64,000 nt of DNA from Obrimoposthia wandeli (taxonomy: Eukaryota). Below, piece by piece: positions 59,337-64,000 of the stretch (position 1 is the stretch's first letter; every line of letters starts with the position of its first letter). Both the position numbers and the translations under genes were made by a program. The notes under the pieces are model-generated. The model was not told the origin of the DNA and searched no databases. It was given only the letters and a program-made list of their open reading frames with translations. The DNA lies in assembly GCA_977020255.1 (NCBI GenBank), contig CDROCS010000253.1:1178001-1242000 (forward strand), read 5' to 3'.

Positions 59337-60155
59337 TTAACTATTCTGTAAAGCATCAGCTGAACTCTCGGAAGTAACATGCACAGGTTGTTGTGTTTTT
59401 ATTCGAAAGAAAATCATCAATATTAACCAGGCGATAGCTAAAGCCGCCCATTGGAAGGCGTAGCCGAAATGTTTTTCGGCTGGCATCACCATAGGGTGCC
59501 AGTTCTTTATATAACCAAGCGTTTCTTTTGGGTCTACATAGATTACAAAAGGTAGTAGTGGCTTATCTATTAAGGGGGAAATTAAGGTAGAGAATTTAGC
59601 TAATTCAATTTGCTGGACACGCAATGGCCAACTTGGTTGAGTAAAGTCTTGTGCTTGCAGCATTATGCCTTGCTCAACAATGCGTACATGGCCTTGGAAG
59701 GTAAACTGTCCATGCAAAGGGGTAATATCAGGCAGTACACTTCGATCAATGGAGCCTTGTACCCAACCTAAATTAACTAATACAGCATTAGTAGACGTTT
59801 GAACAACTTGTAATACTCGGTAGCCTAGCGAACTCTTCTCAACTTGGTTATCGAGTAAAAATAGGTAATCGCCATTAAACTGGCCATTAATGGTGACAGG
59901 GAAATCATTAATGCTTTCTTTACCGGTAAACTGCTTTTCCTTAGAAAGTTTAACTATTTCGTTTAAAGTTAATGGCGACTTCTCATTAAGTTGGGTAATA
60001 CGGAGCGTACGCTGCTCTTTCTCGAAGCCGCGGTTATACTGCCAGAAAGACAATTTAACTAAACAAATAAAAACGATAAGCGTTAGCCCTAACCAAAGGG
60101 CATTTCTTACTAATGATTTAGCTACTATTTTTTTTGGTGAGTCAGCATACTGCAA
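59337..60155 (-). CDS. SURF1 family cytochrome oxidase assembly protein
   Basis: LSFWQYNR..EK, LLDNQ, VLVNLGWV, HFGYAFQW. Confidence 0.92.
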   Translation of the reverse strand: MQYADSPKKIVAKSLVRNALWLGLTLIVFICLVKLSFWQYNRGFEKEQRTLRITQLNEKSPLTLNEIVKLSKEKQFTGKESINDFPVTINGQFNGDYLFLLDNQVEKSSLGYRVLQVVQTSTNAVLVNLGWVQGSIDRSVLPDITPLHGQFTFQGHVRIVEQGIMLQAQDFTQPSWPLRVQQIELAKFSTLISPLIDKPLLPFVIYVDPKETLGYIKNWHPMVMPAEKHFGYAFQWAALAIAWLILMIFFRIKTQQPVHVTSESSADALQNS

Positions 60156-60165
60156 AAGTCAGACC

Positions 60166-61050
60166 TTATAAAATATAGACAAAAACAAAAAGCATTACCC
60201 AAACCACATCGACAAAATGCCAGTACCAACTTGCCGCTTGAAAAGCAAAATGATTCTCTGGGGTGAAATGGCCTTTTAATATGCGAAACCACATGACGAT
60301 TAACATAATACAGCCCAAAGTAACGTGCATGCCGTGAAAGCCAGTCAATAAGTAAAAAGTATTGCCGTAGACGCCACTATCTAAAAATAGACGCATTTCT
60401 TCAGAGTAGCCGTGCGCGTATTCTAATACTTGAAAGAACATAAACGCTAAGCCAAGTAATATGGTTAGACCCAACCATATTTTTAGTGGCTTACGATTAT
60501 TTTTAAGCAATGCGCTATGGGCAAAGTGTGCAGTAATCGACGAGGTCAATAATAAAACAGTATTAATGAGAGGTAATCCATACCAACCCATTGATGTGGT
60601 GGTAGTGCCGTCAGGCGTTGTTAATAAAGGCCATTGGGCAACAAAGTCTGGCCAAAGTACCGCACCAGTGGAAACGTTATTACCTGCTCCACCTAACCAA
60701 GGTACAGAAAATACCCGTAAATACAGTAAAGCACCAAAAAATGCCGCAAAAAACATTACTTCAGAAAAGATAAACCAACTCATGCCTTGGCGGAATGAAT
60801 TATCCATTTGGTGTGAGTACTTACCGGATAAGGACTCTTTAATAACATCACTAAACCAACCAACGAGCATATAGACAACAAGTGCAATACCCGCTAGCAG
60901 TAAATAACCACCGTAACCACTTTGTTCATTTTTTAAATCGGTGACATAGTTAGCTGCACCAAAGGCAATAAAAAATAGTGCTACCGCGCCAACTATTGGC
61001 CAGTGGCTTTGGCTGGGTACGTAATAACTTTCGTATTCTTTGTTAGTCAT
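60166..61050 (-). CDS. coxC: Cytochrome c oxidase subunit III
   Basis: SHWP, WFIFSEVMFF, TGFHGMHV, WYWHFVDVVW. Confidence 0.96.
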   Translation of the reverse strand: MTNKEYESYYVPSQSHWPIVGAVALFFIAFGAANYVTDLKNEQSGYGGYLLLAGIALVVYMLVGWFSDVIKESLSGKYSHQMDNSFRQGMSWFIFSEVMFFAAFFGALLYLRVFSVPWLGGAGNNVSTGAVLWPDFVAQWPLLTTPDGTTTTSMGWYGLPLINTVLLLTSSITAHFAHSALLKNNRKPLKIWLGLTILLGLAFMFFQVLEYAHGYSEEMRLFLDSGVYGNTFYLLTGFHGMHVTLGCIMLIVMWFRILKGHFTPENHFAFQAASWYWHFVDVVWVMLFVFVYIL

Positions 61051-61077
61051 TTTCTATCCCTTTTTTCGAGTAGAACC

Positions 61078-61659
61078 CTATGACGATTTCTCGGTTATGT
61101 CATACAAGGTATAAGATAAAGTTAACGTGTTTATATCTGTGGGCAGTTCTAAATCGACATAAAACTGCAAACTCATCTCAACATCTTTACCCGCTGCTAA
61201 CGGTTGCTGAGTAAAACAAAAACATTCAATTTTATGAAAATAGTTTGCTGCCAAACCCGGTGATACTGATGGAACGGCTTGTCCGATAATGTCATGAGAA
61301 GCATTGTTTTTTGCATAAAATGACACTAATTTCATCTCACCCGGATGCACATTTATCTCATTAATTACCGGCTCAAATTTCCATGGAATGCCTTTAGCAT
61401 TGCGGGTAATAAACTGTACTTTTACCGTACGTGATGTATCGACACCACTTGCGTTATAAGTTGCAGCAGTATCATTAGTTTTGCCATTTAAGCCAGTAAT
61501 ATCACAAAACACATCGTATAAAGGCACCAGAGCAAAACCAAAGCCAAACATCGCAACAACAACAAGCAGTAATTTTTTTACCGTTTTATTGTTGTTACTG
61601 GTACTAGTAGTGCTACCAGTACCGTTATCTATGTTGGCTTTGTTATCATCAGTGCTCAT
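61078..61659 (-). CDS. ctaG: Cytochrome c oxidase assembly protein CtaG/Cox11
   Basis: FALVPLYDVFC..TG.NG, YFHKIECFCF. Confidence 0.95.
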   Translation of the reverse strand: MSTDDNKANIDNGTGSTTSTSNNNKTVKKLLLVVVAMFGFGFALVPLYDVFCDITGLNGKTNDTAATYNASGVDTSRTVKVQFITRNAKGIPWKFEPVINEINVHPGEMKLVSFYAKNNASHDIIGQAVPSVSPGLAANYFHKIECFCFTQQPLAAGKDVEMSLQFYVDLELPTDINTLTLSYTLYDITEKSS

Positions 61660-61664
61660 ATAAA

Positions 61665-63293
61665 TTAGTGCTCGTGCTGATCAGCATTATCAATATCTTG
61701 CTGCGATGGTGGTGTACTAAACGTATGGTACGGAGCTGGGCTTGCTACCGTCCATTCTAAACCTATGGCACCATCCCAAGGTTTAGCAGGCGCTTTTTCA
61801 CCACCACGAATACATTTTATGACTACCGCTAAGAAAATGAGTTGCGATAAACCAAAGGCAAAGCCACCAATACTGACCCATTTATTAAAGTCGGCAAACT
61901 GTAGTGCATAATCTGGAATTCTTCGCGGCATACCTGCTAAACCTAAAAAGTGCATAGGGAAAAATAGTAAATTTACCGAGATTAATGAACACCAAAAATG
62001 CCACTTGCTCAAGGTATCGTTGTACATGTGACCGGTCCATTTAGGCAGCCAGAAATAAGCACCCGCATAGATAGAGAACAATGAACCAGTCACTAATACA
62101 TAGTGAAAATGGGCGACAACAAAGTAGGTATCATGGTATTGAAAATCAACAGGTGTCATCGCTAACATCAAGCCTGAGAAACCACCAATGGTGAATAAAA
62201 TAACAAAGGCGATTGAAAACAGCATAGGTGTTTCAAAACTCAATGAACCGCGCCACATGGTAGCTACCCAGTTAAATACTTTTACGCCAGTAGGGACGGC
62301 AATTAACATGGTGCAATACATAAAGAATAATTCACCAAATAACGGCATACCCGTGGTGAACATATGATGTGCCCAAACGATAAATGATAGTAAAGCAATG
62401 GATGACGTCGCATACACCATTGAGCTATAGCCAAACAGTTTCTTGCGGGAAAAGGCTGGAATAGTGGTAGAGACAATGCCAAACGCTGGCAAGATCATAA
62501 TATAAACTTCAGGATGGCCAAAGAACCAAAAAATATGTTGGAACATAACTGGATCACCACCACCGGCAGCATCAAAGAAACTGGTACCAAAATAAGTATC
62601 GGTAAGTAACATGGTCACTACGCCGGCGAGCACAGGCATGACGGCAATTAATAAATAGGCAGTGATAAAAAAGGTCCAAACAAACAAAGGCATCTTCATA
62701 TAAGTCATGCCAGGAGCACGCATATTCATGATGGTAACAACAATGTTAATTGCACCCATGATTGAAGATATCCCCATGATATGAACAGCAAAAACGAAGA
62801 ATGCAGTACTACCATTAGAGTAAGTTGTTGATAACGGTGCGTAGAATGTCCAACCAAAGTTAGGTGCGCCACTTTCCATAAAGAAAGAGCCCAATAAAAT
62901 AGCAAAAGCAAAAGGAAGAATCCAAAAACTCCAGTTATTCATGCGAGGTAATGCCATATCTGGTGCACCTAGCATCATAGGCAACATCCAGTTAGCAAAG
63001 CCGGTAAAGGCGGGCATAATGGCGCCAAACACCATCACTAACCCGTGCACGGTTGTTAATTGGTTAAAAAAATCAGGTTCAACAAATTGTAGACCCGGCT
63101 GAAATAATTCAGCACGGATCACCATAGCTAAAGCACCGCCGGTTAAAAACATAATGAAAGCAAACCATAAATATAAGGTACCGATGTCTTTATGGTTAGT
63201 GGTATAAAGCCAACGTTTTATACCGGTCATTTTATAGCTATGCTCATCATGATGTTCGTCGTGCGAATCTTGTTCTATAACGTTTGTAGTCAT
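61665..63293 (-). CDS. coxA: Cytochrome c oxidase subunit I, type A1
   Basis: TNHKDIG, WFFGHPEVY (A1 Glu), WAHHM, VVAHFHYV. Confidence 0.98.
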   Translation of the reverse strand: MTTNVIEQDSHDEHHDEHSYKMTGIKRWLYTTNHKDIGTLYLWFAFIMFLTGGALAMVIRAELFQPGLQFVEPDFFNQLTTVHGLVMVFGAIMPAFTGFANWMLPMMLGAPDMALPRMNNWSFWILPFAFAILLGSFFMESGAPNFGWTFYAPLSTTYSNGSTAFFVFAVHIMGISSIMGAINIVVTIMNMRAPGMTYMKMPLFVWTFFITAYLLIAVMPVLAGVVTMLLTDTYFGTSFFDAAGGGDPVMFQHIFWFFGHPEVYIMILPAFGIVSTTIPAFSRKKLFGYSSMVYATSSIALLSFIVWAHHMFTTGMPLFGELFFMYCTMLIAVPTGVKVFNWVATMWRGSLSFETPMLFSIAFVILFTIGGFSGLMLAMTPVDFQYHDTYFVVAHFHYVLVTGSLFSIYAGAYFWLPKWTGHMYNDTLSKWHFWCSLISVNLLFFPMHFLGLAGMPRRIPDYALQFADFNKWVSIGGFAFGLSQLIFLAVVIKCIRGGEKAPAKPWDGAIGLEWTVASPAPYHTFSTPPSQQDIDNADQHEH

Positions 63294-63304
63294 TTTATAT
63301 CCCC

Positions 63305-64000
63305 CTACTTCGCACTAGCAGCATCAACAGCTGCAGGTTGTACTAAATCACCGGTATTATTTCCCCAAGCATTACGCTCATAAGTTACAACGGCGGCTAT
63401 TTCGGTTTTGGTCAACTGACTACTAAAAGCAGCCATGGCAGCATTTTTTTTACTACCGTTAAGCACCATATCTAAATGAACAGTGATATCTCCCATTGCA
63501 ATCAAACTGCCTTTAAGCGCAGGGAATGCCGGAGGTAAGCCAGTACCTGTCGGTTGATGACAAGCAACACAAGCTTTCATGTATACTTTTTCGCCCATAG
63601 CCATTAAGTCATCATAGCTATACACTTTAGCTAAATCTTCTACGGCTGCTGCTTCAGTAATCACCTCTACTGTTTCTTCAGCGATAGTTCCAATTGCTAC
63701 GGCTGCTGTTGCATCTTGTGTTGTACCTTCAACAGAAAAGTTTTCAACCGCAGATTTCACATCAGATGCTTGCACAGCATCACCGGTATTGTTACCCCAA
63801 GCATTACGCTCGTAGGTAACAACGGCAGCAATTTGTTTCATGCTTAATTGCTTACCATAACCTTGCATACCCGTACCAGCCTTACCATTAAAGACCGTTT
63901 TAATATGCGTGGCGATATCACCCATAGCGACTGAACTTCCCTTAAGTGCAGGGAATGCTGGCGGTAAACCGGCACCAGAAACTTGGTGACATGCGGCACA
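63305..64000 (-). CDS. coxB: Cytochrome c oxidase subunit II C-terminal region with two tandem cytochrome c domains; 5' part outside the window
   Basis: Frame open to the window edge; CAACH at 63986-64000 and CVACH at 63557-63571; position upstream of coxA. The CuA domain itself is not visible. Confidence 0.85.
   Translation of the reverse strand, partial: CAACHQVSGAGLPPAFPALKGSSVAMGDIATHIKTVFNGKAGTGMQGYGKQLSMKQIAAVVTYERNAWGNNTGDAVQASDVKSAVENFSVEGTTQDATAAVAIGTIAEETVEVITEAAAVEDLAKVYSYDDLMAMGEKVYMKACVACHQPTGTGLPPAFPALKGSLIAMGDITVHLDMVLNGSKKNAAMAAFSSQLTKTEIAAVVTYERNAWGNNTGDLVQPAAVDAASAK

Overview
AT-rich gammaproteobacterial chromosomal backbone. Gene content and order suggest Alteromonadales, probably Colwellia-like (inference). 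Housekeeping blocks: rsmJ, ftnA, ogt, rsmD / ftsYEX-rpoH, tatABC-x-tatD-GGDEF-hemB, gppA-rhlB / trxA-rho-ubiD-fre, pepD-slmA-coaBC / radC, rpmB-rpmG-mutM / coaD, bioH / comF, nfuA, and an A1-type (caa3-like) cytochrome c oxidase cluster running off the right end. I saw no rRNA, tRNA or CRISPR array. The most interesting non-core items are: (1) a cytoplasmic AhpD-like CxxC protein coupled to a membrane-less hybrid histidine kinase, in a small island flanked by gene relics; (2) a PilZ + ParA + ribbon-helix-helix cassette with a perfect 12-bp tandem repeat and a 14-bp palindrome before parA, splitting radC-rpmB; (3) an ERIC-like, TA-bounded ~265-bp MITE family with four full copies, two collapsed derivatives, one solo end and one nested insert, whose internal stems show compensatory changes, and one copy of which supplies an extended -10 box for ftsY; (4) unannotated relics (IS4 right end probably acting as the rpoH terminator, TonB C-terminus, a lipoprotein, possibly IS3); (5) a short GppA, no dut at its usual locus, and a near-consensus IscR type-1 site before nfuA. 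All family assignments come from motif recognition by eye, with no database searches run.
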